Origin: Octopus vulgaris
Taxonomy: Eukaryota
Reading direction: 5' to 3'
DNA length: 64,000 nt
NCBI GenBank assembly: GCA_951406725.2
Contig: OX597828.1
Location: forward strand, 58,032,001-58,096,000
Positions 40,741 to 54,766 of the stretch are shown here, piece by piece; the first letter of the stretch is position 1, and every line of letters starts with the position of its first letter. The position numbers and the translations under genes are program-made. The notes beneath the pieces were generated by a model. That model saw only the letters and a program-made list of their open reading frames with translations. It did not search any database and had not been told where the DNA came from.

Positions 40741-41977
40741 ACAAGCGCAAGCGTGGCTGTGTGGGAAGGATTCCGGGTTAAGACCCCTGCATAGCACCTT
40801 AGGCATGTATTTTCTACTTATAGCCCTGGGTCGACCAAAGCCTTGTGCGTGGATTTGGTAAACGGAAACTGAAAGAAGCTCGTCGTCTGTATAGATGTGT
40901 GTCGATATGTGTGTCTATCTGTCTTTATGTTTGTGTTTATCCCCAACATGGTCGCAGTCTAATGACTGAAACAAGAGGACATGAGATAAATCTAAGAGAT
41001 GAGAGATTAACGGAGACCAAAAGTGAATGGCTTAGCTAGGAAGTTCCCATGCTACCATGATTTAACGACTTTACTAAGAATTTTCTTATGTCAGACTGGT
41101 ATGAAAATTTGATTGATATCAAAAGCAACAATATCGCTTCTCAGAACTTTTCAGTAGAGAAAAACCACTTGTGAGTTTTCGCTTGATCTGGTTCTACCAA
41201 AATTCTTCTGAAGGGAGAGACATTCAAATTAATGAAGGAAATGGTTGGCTGTGACATGTTTTATTACTTTCGAAATGTTTGAAGTAAAGGGAAATAGGTA
41301 GGCATTTGGCAGAAGCTGGGAAATGGATGCATTAGAACGAATTCCATTAGACTATTGACCTTCTTAGGAATAGAATGCACTTTAACATGTTTTCAGGAAT
41401 AACATTCATCATAATTATATTTCTGTTGTAAAGAATTTTGCTATTTACTGAATTTTTTAGTGTTTCATACACTAAGTCTTTCCAGTTGAATCTTTTAATA
41501 TCGGTTTCAAATTTCGGAGGAGGCGGGTAAGTCGATTGATACTTATTTTATTGACTTCGAAAGAATGAAAGGCAAAGTCGACCTCGGCGACATTTGAACT
41601 CAGAACGTAAAATACGGACGAAACGCCGTTAAGAATATCGGTTTAGTTTTCCTACTAACGACTACATTTTTAGTACTTTTGCCAGCCAGCTCTATTACGG
41701 ACCATTCGTTCTTTCATACAAGGCAAAGCTACGAGTATAAGTATGTAATGGTGTATGTTCGTGTGTGTGTGTGCATGCGTGCGTGCGTGCATGCGTGTGT
41801 GTGTGCTTTCCCTTTTAGAAAATTTGGGATTTCATTTTCAAATTATTTTCATCACTAAATGCTTTTAACTTAATGTATATAACAAAGTATGCATTATTCT
41901 TTCATTCTCTAAAAAGCTTTATCCAACTCACTTTCAAACAGCAGAAGAAATTTATACACATACACACATAGACACAC

Positions 41978-42008
<31 letters not shown>

Positions 42009-42404
42009 CATACATACATACATACATACATACATACATACATACATACATGTATATATTTATACATATATATTTATAAATAATATATATATATATATAT
42101 GCATATATACATGCGTATATGTACATACATCTATACATATATACATATATATATATATAATTTCAACAATTGAGGGTAAAATTAATTAATTATTAATCAA
42201 TTTCACCAAGTGTTCAGTATGCAAAGGGACCATTTAAGGCGAATTCAAATTATTACATTATATAAAAGGGCTTAGTAAAATAAATTACTTTGCCGCATAC
42301 TGAACTCATTAGAAATAGCAGCTAAAAAACTTTTTTAAAGCTATTTCTAATACTTAAAGAAAATCTCTCTCATATATAGTGTTTGCTTAATTCAACTCAC
42401 AAAA

Positions 42405-42455
<51 letters not shown>

Positions 42456-42464
42456 GTATAAATG

Positions 42465-43040
42465 TATATGTGGACACAGGACGTCACGAAACGTGTACAT
42501 GGAATATGAACTATTTTTTCGAACAACGAAAGTCATAAATGGAAAACAAGACAAACAGCATAAAGAACGACCCTTCATCAGTTGTTGGCTGTTTTTCTAC
42601 TCTCGTATTTCGAGCATTTAACAACAATATACGCTTTCGATAAAACAGTTGCTCCCGCAAAGCAAATTAAATAAAATTTGGGATTTTGCGGAGGGTCAAA
42701 ATTGGTAACACAAATAGGACAGTGAAGACAAACAGGAAAAATGCTAAACCTAAAGGAGGTTGTGCTGGCGAACACGTAAATCAAGCTTGGACAGGAGACA
42801 GACAAGAACACGTCTTCCTTGATCCAGCTACAACGGAGAGAAAGAAAGACACACAAGTTAGGAGAAGAAATATGGCCGATGGTCACGTGGGAGCCACGTG
42901 AACAAGGGAGGAAGAGTGAGGGAAAGAGAGTGATAGACAGAGAACTGTGAAGGGGAGAGGGAAAAATTAGAGATAAAAACGAAAGAGTAAGAGGATAGAA
43001 TAATGGGAGAAGATGAGGTAAAAGAATAAGAGAGAGAAAA
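42465..43040 (-). mobile_element. Penelope pLTR-like repeat (second partial copy at 35110-35330, +)
   Basis: The two copies are reverse-complement homologs; both abut (TA)n and contain CTGAYGA. Confidence 0.5.
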
Positions 43041-43376
43041 AGAGAAAAAGAATTAATGATGATGACGATGATGATGGTATCTTTCATTTTTTTCCTCTAT
43101 CTTTTACTCGTTTCTGTCATTAGACTGTGGCTCTGCTGTAGCTGGCCCCGCTTTGAAGGATTTAGTCAAACATATCGATATACCAGTACTTATTTGTTTT
43201 AAACCTAATATTCTTTCGATCACTTTTTCTAGAATCGGTAAGTCACGAGGACATAAGAAAACCAACACCGGTTGTCAGGTGGTGGGCGAGGGCAGACACA
43301 AAGATATACACATACAGGCATATTCATATATGTGTGTGTGTATGTGTGTATATGTATGTTATGGCTGCTCTGTCTA

Positions 43377-43423
<47 letters not shown>

Positions 43424-44350
43424 ACGGGTATCTTCCGGTTTCCGTCTACCAAATCCGCTGAAAAGGCTTTGGTCAACCCGAGGCTATAGTAGAAGACACT
43501 TGCCCAAAGTTCCACGCAGTGAAACTAAATACGGAACCATGCGGCTGGAGAGCAAGCTTCTTACCATATAGTCACACCTGCGTCTACATGAATATTTTGG
43601 GAAATATGGAACCCTTTTTGAGAGTCTGATAGATCTATGATATACGAAATGATATTTTCCAACTAGTTTATAGGTTACTCAGACATAAATGAAGGTTTTG
43701 CAAGAATTGACCTATTCAGATCCTTTCTTGGAAAATTCAAATTTGCAATAGAATGCGATATTTTTCCGCGATACTATGATCACACATTCTCGAACCATTA
43801 ATATAAGGAAACGTGTGTTGCATAACGGATTGATTAATCTTTGGGTTGTATATTATCGAACTGCTAATGTTCACTGATCGTTTGAACAATCTGAAACGTA
43901 AAACTCAGTTTTGTTTTACAATTGAAGAAGCTTCAACTTCAAACAAAATTGATATGTACATAAATCTGCGCAAGCATGTGTGTATATGTATATATATATA
44001 TATGTACATGTGTACATGCATGTTTGCAAAGATGTATATGAGTATTTTCATTTTTCACATATTCATACCTATGCAGAAAAAGAGACGTTGACGGCCATTC
44101 ACAAAATACAAATTTATGGAAAGATGTAAATGAACGATCTTTTTAGTCTTTTGCTGTTTCTTTTCTTTTTTTTGTAACAACTTGTTCGTTTGTTTTCTTT
44201 TATGTCAGTTTTTGTTTTGCTTTCATTTTTATAATATATGAGAAATAAAACAATTCTTTCAGGTAATGGAAATAACGAAATTAAAAGTTGCAAACTTTCA
44301 AAGTTTACACGCACACACACATACACACACACACATACACACATGCACAC

Positions 44351-44389
<39 letters not shown>

Positions 44390-44396
44390 TGCACAC

Positions 44397-44435
<39 letters not shown>

Positions 44436-46258
44436 GATGCTGTCAACCTCTCCAAAAATAATGAAGTAAAATATATTATAATATAGAAGACAAAAGACAA
44501 GAATTCTTTCTCCAAGTAAATTCTTTGTGAATTCTTTATTTTACCCGTTCTTTTATTTTATTTTATATTTCTTATTTTTCTATGTTTCCTTTTAAATCTC
44601 TCATTTTTAATGACCACATTTCCTTTATACAACACTAAATTGAAATGGACAGACTAATAACCTTTTTTGCCCCAAGTTATAAAACCATATAAATATCTGG
44701 CTGCTTCAATATTTCAACGTAGAATAGAACAAAGTTGTTTTTGTTGATGTCAATTTTGTAACCAGATCGGTCGACTGGTAGAATCGGTATAGCGTCTCAG
44801 ACAAAATAACTTGAGGTACTTAATGGTATTCTTTTACACTTCGTAAAGAATTATGACAACAAAAAAACTTTTTTTTTTTTAAATTAAAGAGAAAGAAGAA
44901 AACTGTGTTTAGCATATGAATGTCTATGAGTCTAACATTGATTTCAAGAAAAGTGTTCTAGTTACGTCATCGACTGAGGTATAATGGTTCCGCCGATAAA
45001 TTATACGTATGGAAAAAAAAATTAATATTTATTTCGCTCAGTAACGCAAGGCCACACATTTGGAAGGGGGTATTGTCGATTAAATCGTTTTCCACACACC
45101 GCCACTATTCGATGGCATATAAAACGCATATCTTTCCAAATAAAAATTCTCAAAACATCACCCAAGTCCATAAACTTTAATTCACAAAAATCTTTTCCCT
45201 GGATATTCACTGCTGGAAATGTATTTCGCCAAATATGTCCGTGCGTTTTTTATGCCATTAGATATAACTGGTTTTGGTTTTATGGACGCCAGAAACACGA
45301 AAAACAAAATCGACTCTGACAGTAGTTGAACTCGAAACGTAAAAAGTTGTAACTGAATATATCTCAAAATATTTTGCCTGATGCATTAAGAGTTCTACCT
45401 TTATGGTAAAGAAATATCGATATCTAACTTAAGCAGACGGGCAGAAATTTATTGGGAAGAATTGGTCGATTGCTCTTAGGTCACCCCTAAGTAACGATAA
45501 TTCTAGCGGGATTTTAACTGAGAACGTAAACGGCTGTAACTAAATACCACAGAAAAGTAACTATGATTTTATCACAGCCACTCCTGCGCTTTCATAAAAA
45601 GAAAGTTATCGTGAAATAAAGTTTCTGGGAGAGAAAAAGGATTTACTAAACTTTTTATCTATGAGCTTTTACATTAGAACTCCAGAAAAAATATACATTT
45701 CTCCACCAATGAAAGTATATAACGCTATGCGATAGAACATAAGTCAAAATGCACAATTTTCTATTAGAATATTAGCCAAAATGTATCTTTCATTTGCATT
45801 TTTCAAAGTTTTACTTCCATCAATATTTCCTTTCACAGTTTGCGACATCAGTATTTTTGTTGTATAATTTATGAATATTTCCCCTTTTTTTCTTGTGAAA
45901 GAATACGCTTTAACTCTTCGTTTCATAACGTTATATCAATTTCAGAATGCTGCTCATGTATGCAAATTATTTGCCATAAATTCACAAGTTGCATTAACGT
46001 TTTCCAAATATAAAGGAATATCACTGTAATGGCTTCCTTTATGTAAATATTGTAAGTGCAAAAAACTGAATATTAAGAAAGTAAATGCATGTGTAAATAT
46101 TTAAGACAAAACAGCTTAACAAACGCCAAGTGTTTTTTTCCATTTTAATACAAATATGCTACCAAGTCGTCCACTTAGCTCACTGAAATCATAATACCCA
46201 TATTTGTATCAAGTTATCTTTAATAAAAGACGCTTTTGTTATTCTGTTTACTTTTCAG

Positions 46259-46540
46259 GTGAGATAAAAGTTGCCGATGATTTGACCAGAGAACCACAGA
46301 AACGTTTGTATGAGTTAAATATCAAAGCTATAGATTTTGGCTATCCCTCTTTATCATCGAGCACAATTGTAAAAATTGAGGTGCCAATAAATAAACCAGT
46401 CACCATTGCACCCAACAATATTTTTCATGTCTCGGAAGGTGTTAAAATTGGGACCAAAGTTGGCTCAGTAAATGCAACAGATCCGGACGGAGCGTTAGGA
46501 AGTAACCAGACGTTATGGTACATCCTCATTGACAAAGATG
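46259..46540 (+). CDS. Cadherin-repeat gene, internal exon A (282 bp, phase 1-1)
   Basis: Acceptor ttttcag|GT and donor G|gtgagt. Translation GEIKVADDLTRE..YELNIKAIDFGYPSLSSSTIVKIEV..VSEGVKIGTKVGSVNATDPD has cadherin AxDxG and AxDxD motifs. Confidence 0.93.
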
Positions 46541-48219
46541 GTGAGTGTAATTTTTCCATTAAGGTTCATAACACTGTTAAATATATACCATTGACATAAA
46601 CTTGAGATAAACGCTTCTTCATTTATCAGAACATAAATAGAATCCATTTTTATATCAGAGGGTTCAAAGACGTAATTGTAAATTTCTTACTAAGAACCAA
46701 CATGAAGGTCAAACAACAAAGTAAATTCTTCGACACAGTCATTCGACTTACTCAAAAGAGCAGCCAAAGTATTTCGCAAAAAACACTCATAGCATCTTTA
46801 AAGTGTTAAGACTGAACAAATAAAATTACTTCTGCGTCGTCATTAACCCATCTCGTAAATTCGGATCAGTAAATTCCTTATCTTAGAATAGGGGTCAGCT
46901 GTTTCAAACTTTAAATCTTAAGATAGTAGATAATATAGCTCAGATTATAAGAAAACATGGCCACAGCAAGAGTAATAATTCTCCAATCTGTTATGTTTAT
47001 CTAACTCCGGTTCCTACTCTGCAATTTATAAATGGCAAATAACCAATTGTTGTAAAAAGAATGTTATTCTGTAATTGAATGACTTTGCTTCCATAATGGT
47101 ATTGCTGGTTTTATTGCATAAACACAGTCTGGTGGCCAGGAAAAAGAGAAGATAAAACATTTTAGACTATGAATAAAAAGAATAAAAGTAAACAAAAAAA
47201 AATCAATATGAATACCAGACCATGGTCCGTTGTTATACAGATTAAATAATATCCTGTTCATATATATGGAAGAATAAACGAAGGAAAGAAAGAAAGGAAG
47301 GAAGAGAGGGAGGGAGGGAGGGAGGCAGAAAGAAAGAAAGGAAGAAAGGAAGGAAGAGAGGAAGGAAGGAAGGAAGGAAAGAATGAACGAACGAAGGAAA
47401 GAAGGAAGGAAGGAACAAATAACCAAACAAAAGAAAGAAAGAAAGAACGAAAGAAAGAAAAGTAGTTGTGTTGACAGACAGAACATTATAATTGCAGGTT
47501 GAACGCTAACGTCAATGAAATCAACAAATGAGATACAGTAATGTGTGCGTGTGAGTGCATGTGCGTGTGTGTGTGCATGTGAGTGTGTGTGCGTGTGTGT
47601 GTGCATGTGCGTGTGTGTGCGTGTGTGCGTGTGTGGTGCGGTGTAATGTGGTCATGAGTGCATGCATGAATATATACGTGAACAGATCCAGCAGTTGTCA
47701 TTATAAGTTGTCATTATCGCTGACGATCAGACAGCATCGTTGCCGCGCCTGACAAAATATTTAGAAGCGTTTCTTCTGACTCTCTATGTTTTGAGTTCAA
47801 ACATCGCCGTGTTTGCCTTTGCCTTCATATAAACACTCAACTGACCCAAGATCAAGTGTAAGAGGACACTGTATTGCAGAGAGAGAAAGAAAGACAGAGA
47901 GAAACCGGCCAATAATGTTTGGCGCAGCTGCAGGGGATCTTGGACAATCGACCCAAACTTTGACTGAAATTAAGTAGATGGAAAATATACGAAAGTTCAT
48001 CGGGTGGATTGGACTTGTTACTGGATTGGAAGGCTTAATCCGTTGCCCAGTTTGACTAACCACTTGCATACCGTGAATGGAGCCCACTCTGTGGCAAGCA
48101 TCTCCACCAAGTCTCTGACCTGAAAATAATCTAAAAGATGTGATGGTTTCTTCTTCCTTAAGATAGGGGAAAGATGGTCATGGGAACCGCTATTTCTCAT
48201 CCGACAAACTCAAAATATA

Positions 48220-48640
48220 CGAAGGGGTGCTGGAAAGTTCCTGGCTTCGCGAAAGGCCTGGTTGGGGGCCCAAACTTCCGAGTTCTTTTACAGAGCGTAA
48301 AAAACTGAAGGGCCGTTGCAATAAGTGTGTGAATCTGACAGGGGAATATATTGGATAGAATCATAATTAATTGGTACTCCTGTATTTTCTTTTACCCAAA
48401 ACCAGGAAGATTTTAGCACCTCCTCGTTTATATATACATGAGAGGGTGCTGAAAAGTTCTTGGCTTTAAGGGTAACGCAAAAGGCCTGGTTGAAGGCCCA
48501 ACCCTCCGAGTTCTTTTACAGGGCTTACAAAAACTGAAGGACCGCTGCAATAAGTGTGTGAATCTGAAAGAAGAACATGTTGGATAAAATCATAATTAAC
48601 TGATCCTCCTGTATTTTCTTTTACTAAATCCAAGAACTAT
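48220..48640 (+). mobile_element. Two tandem mariner-derived MITEs of about 210 bp
   Basis: TIR resembles CGAGGGGGTGCTGAAAAGTTCCTGG. Each retains a transposase tail (GL.KLKDRCNKCVNL..E.V). Confidence 0.8.
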
Positions 48641-48932
48641 ATATAGTTCTTGGATTTATATAGCACCCACTTGGATTTATATAGCATCCACTATATACCG
48701 TATACGTTGACTCGCCATATAATTGCTGTTATTGCAGTGTGAAGCCTATTGTTTCACAGCGTCGTACTGTGTGTAATCTATTGATTGCTAGGACATCGTC
48801 TGTGCAGTGAGAAATTTCACCTTTAAACCAAGTCATATATTCTAAACTTGATTGTTTTACCTGGTGTAAGACAAGTTTTTTCAGCTAAATTCTCTGATGA
48901 TGATTTCTTTCAATTCTTAAATTTTCTTTCAG

Positions 48933-49180
48933 TGCCTTTCCAAATAAACAATAAGAGTGGTATCATCGTAACGACAGCAGAATTGGACACAGAGTCAATG
49001 TCAACGTACCAGTTTGAAGTAGAGGTTTTTGACAGCGATCCAGCTCCAACAACAGCAACAACAACCGTTACAGTGGTTGTTGAAGATGTCAATGACAATC
49101 CGCCAATACTGTCCTCTAAGGTGTACAGGGCGTCAGTTGTTGAAAACCAGACGAATATTGGCCCTGTAATATTATCTTTG
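48933..49180 (+). CDS. Cadherin-repeat gene, exon B (248 bp, phase 1-0)
   Basis: Acceptor tttcag| and donor |gtatgt. VPFQINNKSGIIVTTAELDTE..VEDVNDNPP..VVEN has LDxE and DxNDN motifs; phase is compatible with exon A. Confidence 0.94.
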
Positions 49181-49229
49181 GTATGTACTTCACTCGCACA
49201 GAATATTTGCTTTTAATGTGTGTGTGTGC

Positions 49230-49284
<55 letters not shown>

Positions 49285-49998
49285 GATCATATAAATAAAG
49301 GGTAAAGACCCCCTTCGGTCATGAATGACCATGGAATTGCATCTAAAAATTTCCCCTCCGAAGCACAAGTCTGGGCAAGGTTGTGTATGGAAGACCAGCA
49401 GTCGCCCATGCATACCGGCCTCCCCTCTCCACGCCACCTGTGTTATCCAAGGGAGAGGCAAAGAGGCCGATACAGCTTGGCACCTGTGACATCGCAACTC
49501 ATTTCTACAACTGAGTGAAATGGAGAAACATGAAATAAAGTGTCTTGTTCAAGAACACAACCAACACATAACCCAGTCCGGAAATCGAACTCGCTACCTC
49601 ATGATTGTGAGCCCGACGCTCTAAACACTGAGCCATGCGCCTTCATCATATGAATAAACTAGGTGCATAACCCCAAGATGCGCATATGTCTGATAAACCT
49701 ACGGTCATCAGATGTGACTGTCTTACACTTGGGACGTTCGCTGCAAAAGTGGCCATGGAGAAAGTGGGCCCTACACATAAAGCTTTTCAGGAAAGCCCTT
49801 CGGCTAAACTTTTGGCTTTTTGCCTAATCCATAGCGGCATTTAGCTCATCATTATGTTCTGAGTTCAATTTCCGCAGAGGTCGACTTTGCCTTTTATCCT
49901 TTCAGAATATATAAATTAAGTACCAGTTAAACAATGGAGTCGATGTAACCGACTATCCCCCTCCCCTAAATTTCAGGCCTTTTCCTGTAGCAGAAAGG

Positions 49999-50052
<54 letters not shown>

Positions 50053-50198
50053 GAGTGAGAGAGCAGTGCATGCCATCAAAGTGACACTGGGGTAAAATAT
50101 ACGAAGCCCAATATACCCATCATGACTACCCGACCATGCCAAAATTTGAAACCATTATTATAGTTCTTGTTGTTGTGTGATTTTTCTTTTGATATCAG

Positions 50199-50372
50199 AA
50201 TCCCAGCCTTTCAGCAGAAGATAAGGACAAGAACCCTATAAACAGAAAAGTTCGTTATTTTCTGAAGGGCTCCAATGCTTCGTTGTTTAAGATTCATCCA
50301 AAGACAGGCCTCATCAAAGTTAAAAAGACTTCAGAGTTTGATGCCGAGACTGAAGACAAATACATATTAGAG
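50199..50372 (+). CDS. Cadherin-repeat gene, exon C (174 bp, phase 0-0)
   Basis: Acceptor atatcag| and donor |gtaaac. Translation NPSLSAEDKDKNPINRKVRYFLKG..FKIHPKTGLIKV..FDAETEDKYILE. Confidence 0.9.
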
Positions 50373-50469
50373 GTAAACTATAATGTTGTTCTTGTTGCTA
50401 GTGATGCTTCTACTGTTTGTACTGATGTTGTTGTTATTGTTATTGTTTCTGCCGCTACTTATACTGTTG

Positions 50470-50525
50470 GTGATGATGATGATAATGATGATGGTGATGA
50501 TGACGACGACGACGACGACGACGAC

Positions 50526-50558
<33 letters not shown>

Positions 50559-50607
50559 GGTGGTGGTGGTGGTGGTGGTGGTGGTGGTGGTGGTGGTGGT
50601 GATGATG
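50470..50607. repeat. Compound trinucleotide repeat (GAT/GAC/GGT)
   Basis: Directly visible; intronic, after the exon C donor. Confidence 0.95.
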
Positions 50608-51108
50608 TAATTGTTGTTGCTATGCTTCCTCTTGCGATTATTTTATTTCGAACTGGCAGAAACGTTAATATGCTGGACGAAATGCTTAACGGTATTTCGT
50701 CTGCCGCTACGTTCTGTGTTCAAATTCCGCCGATGTTGACTTTGCCTTTCATCCTTTCGGGGTCGATAAATTAAGTACCAGTGAAACACTGGGGTCGATG
50801 TGTTCTACTAGTCACCTCCCCACAAATTTCAGGCCTTGTGCATTTAGTAGTTGTTCCCAACATTTATGATTACCTTCCCCTGTCTGGAACTCTCATACTT
50901 CACATCATAGCAAAGTGATGACACAATATCGGAAAAGAAATTTGAGAAATTTGAAAAGAAAATACTAAACCGTTATTTCTCCAAAAACAATGTTACTATA
51001 CGCAAAATTTTCTAACATTTTTCTAACATAACGATTTAAATATATTCATTAACCAAGTCTTTAACCAATTCTATAACACAAGTCTTCTGTAGTTTTTTCA
51101 GTCTGTTT

Positions 51109-51578
51109 TGTGCCCTATCAGTATTTGCAAAGACAAATCACCATTCGCATCTCTGACGTGACCCGGTTTCTGCGTAGTGACCCGTCATCAGCGCGTGACA
51201 ATCACCAGCTAGGGATGACAAGTAATATTTCGTGCTGCTACTGTTTATATCTTTCTCAGAGACTTATTATTACTTGTTTCTCCTTTTTCGAGATCAGCGA
51301 CTTTTTGTCACTGGAAAAAGCATATATATTTGCATTGGAAATACCACTTCTCATCCCTAGCCGGTGATTGTCACGCGATGATAACGGGTTACTACTCGGA
51401 AACCCAGGTCCGTGAGTATTACGTCAGGCTAGAGATGAGAACGATGACTTCTCTTTGCAAATACTGATAGGGCACATACAGTGCCTCATTAGCCAGCTGG
51501 AGGAGATGTCTTCTTGGGGCTATAAACTAGAGTAGCATCATCCCATATGGGTCAGCCGCATTTAGGTGGCAAATATAT
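51109..51578. mobile_element. Hammerhead-bearing repeat family, copy 4 (monomer plus inverted partial copy)
   Basis: IR 51109-51218 / 51351-51476; interrupted by the solo LTR. Confidence 0.7.
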
Positions 51579-52807
51579 TGTTACGGGCCACCTGCCGTCG
51601 CTCGGTCGTTCAGCGAAAGCTCGCCACGGAAGCTCGGAGAGGAGAGAGAGACAACAACAACTACAACAGCAGCCGCAAGAGAAGCAGACACAGAGGCAAT
51701 CGAGAGAGACACAAAGACGGCAATTGGCTCACATTTAACGTACTAGTTTATATGACTATTAATTGTTACAACATCAAATACATATCAGATACATTTAAAG
51801 AGGACACGTCGAATTAAACAACAACTCAATACATCATACAGGTATACCACAGATCAAAGCATTTAAACATGCAGGTAACAACACATCAAATGCAATAACA
51901 ACAGCATTTCAAGAGTACACGTCCGGAGACAACAGTTCTGTTTCAAAACACATTAAAGGCATATACAATATAACACGTCGACTCAAACCATCAATGCATT
52001 ATACAATGTTCATAGACAAATAAGTTCACGTTACAAATCAATGTTCAATTAACGTACACTTCACATTAAAGTTACAGTTCAAAGGACATTAAAGGCCTAT
52101 ACAGTTCAATGTTCATTACAAAGTTCTCTTTCGCCTTAACACAACTCTGTACACAATGTCTTTACACAGTTCACATTGTTCTTTTCACTGTCTCATTTCT
52201 TTTACATTTCAATACATCGATTCTTTTTCCTTCTTTCTCTTCACATATCAATGCAACAATAACACATACCTTAGTTCCTACTATAATAGCCAATGTCTCA
52301 TACTGTACCCCATCTCTCTTAGCACTGCTAAATCCAACTTGCTAAACGGCTTGCCCTGAATACCAAATCCTGGCCGCTAAATCCAACTTACCAACCGCTT
52401 GCCCTGAATTCCAAATACCGACTGCTAAAACCTCTTGCTCTGTCACTACCCCCAATCTCTCCTAGCTCTGTCGCAATCACTCTCTCTATCACCGCTTAGT
52501 CCTATGTGCCTGTCTTCATCGACGCTGTCACTCTCTCATGACAGGCTCCCAGATTCCTTAATCTGTCTTTCTCAGCCCTTCATCCTCTCACTCTGCTGTA
52601 TCTCTCATGACAAGCCCCCAGATTCCTTAATCTGTCTTCCTCGGCCCCTCATCCTCTCTCACTGTCTCTCACACACTGAACTTTAATTCACCTGACAGGG
52701 TCGGGGTGTCTCCCCAGAGCTAATTAATCAACCCGCATCTGGCAGAACAATGGATTCATTGCCAAATGTAGGTCGCCGTCAACTGTCCTTAAGCTGAACC
52801 CACAACA
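51579..52807. mobile_element. Probable solo LTR (1229 bp, Gypsy-like)
   Basis: ATAT|TGTT...AACA|ATAT (TG..CA termini and a 4-bp TSD). It interrupts the repeat on its left and has no coding content. Confidence 0.7.
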
Positions 52808-52897
52808 ATATATATATATATTTCCTTCTGTTTTGGTTGTCACGGTGCTGTATAGTGGGACTGAATACGAGACCATATGGTGTAGAAGTTAGCTTCT

Positions 52898-52928
<31 letters not shown>

Positions 52929-52954
52929 CACTCACATACACATCACACACATAG

Positions 52955-52996
<42 letters not shown>

Positions 52997-52997
52997 G

Positions 52998-53078
<81 letters not shown>

Positions 53079-53125
53079 TTGTTTGTATGTATGTAAATTT
53101 TCTAATTCTTCATAATTCATCTTAG

Positions 53126-53369
53126 ATTGTAGTATTTGATGGAATACACCGAAATAGGTCAAAACTGGTTGTTAACGTCGAAGACATCAACGATAACCCA
53201 CCGGTATTTCCAAAGACTTATTCCTACCAAGTTGGACCTCTTACTTCAATTGGTACTAAATTTGGTAAAGTTGAAGCACAAGATGGTGATGCTACGAGAA
53301 GGAACAATCGGGTTTTGTACGTATTGATCCAAGGATCCGCCGGCAAGTTTGGAGTTGATTTCATCACAG
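53126..53369 (+). CDS. Cadherin-repeat gene, exon D (244 bp, phase 0-1; its reading frame is not in the ORF track)
   Basis: Acceptor cttag| and donor G|gtaata. Manual translation IVVFDGIHRNRSKLVVNVEDINDNPPVF..VEAQDGDATRRNNRVLYVL..FGVDFITG. Confidence 0.92.
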
Positions 53370-53384
53370 GTAATAACAGACATA

Positions 53385-53601
53385 CGAGGAGTTACTGAAA
53401 AGTTCCTGTCTTTGAGGGTGTCGCAAAGGGCCAGGCTGGAAGCCCAACCTTCCAAGTTCTTTCACAGGGCTTAGAAAAACTGAAGGATCACTGCAATAAG
53501 TGTGTGAATCTGAGAGAGGAATATGTTGAATAAAATCATAATTAAGCGATTCTCCTGTATTTTCTTTTACCCAAAGCCAGGAACTTTTCAGTATCCGTTC
53601 G
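53385..53601 (+). mobile_element. Same mariner MITE family, 15 bp downstream of the exon D donor
   Basis: Similar to 48220-48426; encodes GLEKLKDHCNKCVNLREEYVE*. Confidence 0.8.
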
Positions 53602-54545
53602 TGTATTTAATACCATTTGATTCGGAGTTTCATTTTTATTTTCATTTTTTATGTTTTCATTCTTTAAAATTTAATTTATTTAATTAGCTATCTGTATATT
53701 ATAATTAAATCATTTATACTGTTGAATGTCTTCTATTCGTCTCGAAATCATCCCTTATAGACGTATAGGATAAAAAACACTAAAATATATCATCCACAGG
53801 CGTAAATTGCCCAGAAGCGGCGGTAGTATTGCTAAGTCCGGATTTCTGATTTTTTTTCAGCTTCATAAGTAGCAAGTATGAGAGATGCTTTCTCGAGACT
53901 AATACCGCAATTTAGAAGGTTTTCAACAGTATGTATACTTTAAGTATGATATACAGATCGTTCATTTGAACTAATACTACTTCCGCCACTAACAACAAAT
54001 TTCAGTTTTTTTATGTTTTATTTATATTATTTTAGTTTTATTATATTTATATATTTTCTGGTGTGGTATAATATTCTTTTATTCGTATTTATTTATTGCT
54101 ACTCTTATCCGTTGCTTTACACCGTATATACACATTGTCTTCAATGATAGAGTCGAATATACTTAATTGTTGCTAATTTTCATTGACTTTAGGGGGGGTG
54201 AAAGGCAAATTTAGTTAAAATCCAAAACAATGTTGGAAAATCGCTAATTCTGCCAAACAACCTTAATCATTAATACAAAATCAGGGATTAATTAGCTGTA
54301 ATAATGATTTCTAACATTGGAAAAAACTAAAAGTATTGATGGGCGGAAGCAATTGATTAAATCAGCGGACTAATTAATTGATTGCGGACTAATTAATTTA
54401 ACGATCTCCGAAAGTAAAAGAGAAAATTACAGGTGAAATTATACAAGACAATGAAGAAACTATTAGAACTAAACTAATGTATAATTTTCATGTTAAAATC
54501 AAATTGATTGTCAAGTTTTAACTCATTAATTTTATTTTTGCTTTG

Positions 54546-54609
<64 letters not shown>

Positions 54610-54766
54610 GTTTTTACGGTTTATTTCTTTTTGTTAACCTATTTGTTGTTGTTGCTGTTATTGATTCTGTTCCTACAGCAGTATACCGTCGAAGCTTTGA
54701 AAGTTTGACTGATTCAGGTTACTAAGGAACAACGTTTGTTGTTAAATGGACGTTAACAGCTTAGTC

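Noticed and set aside
47890-48200. Coding-like, GC-richer segment
   Set aside because: Short interrupted frames with no motif I can recognise; probably an unclassified transposon remnant.
50373-50774. Poly-D/poly-G extension of the cadherin ORF
   Set aside because: It lies after the exon C donor; the open frame comes from a trinucleotide repeat, and the domain continues correctly in exon D.
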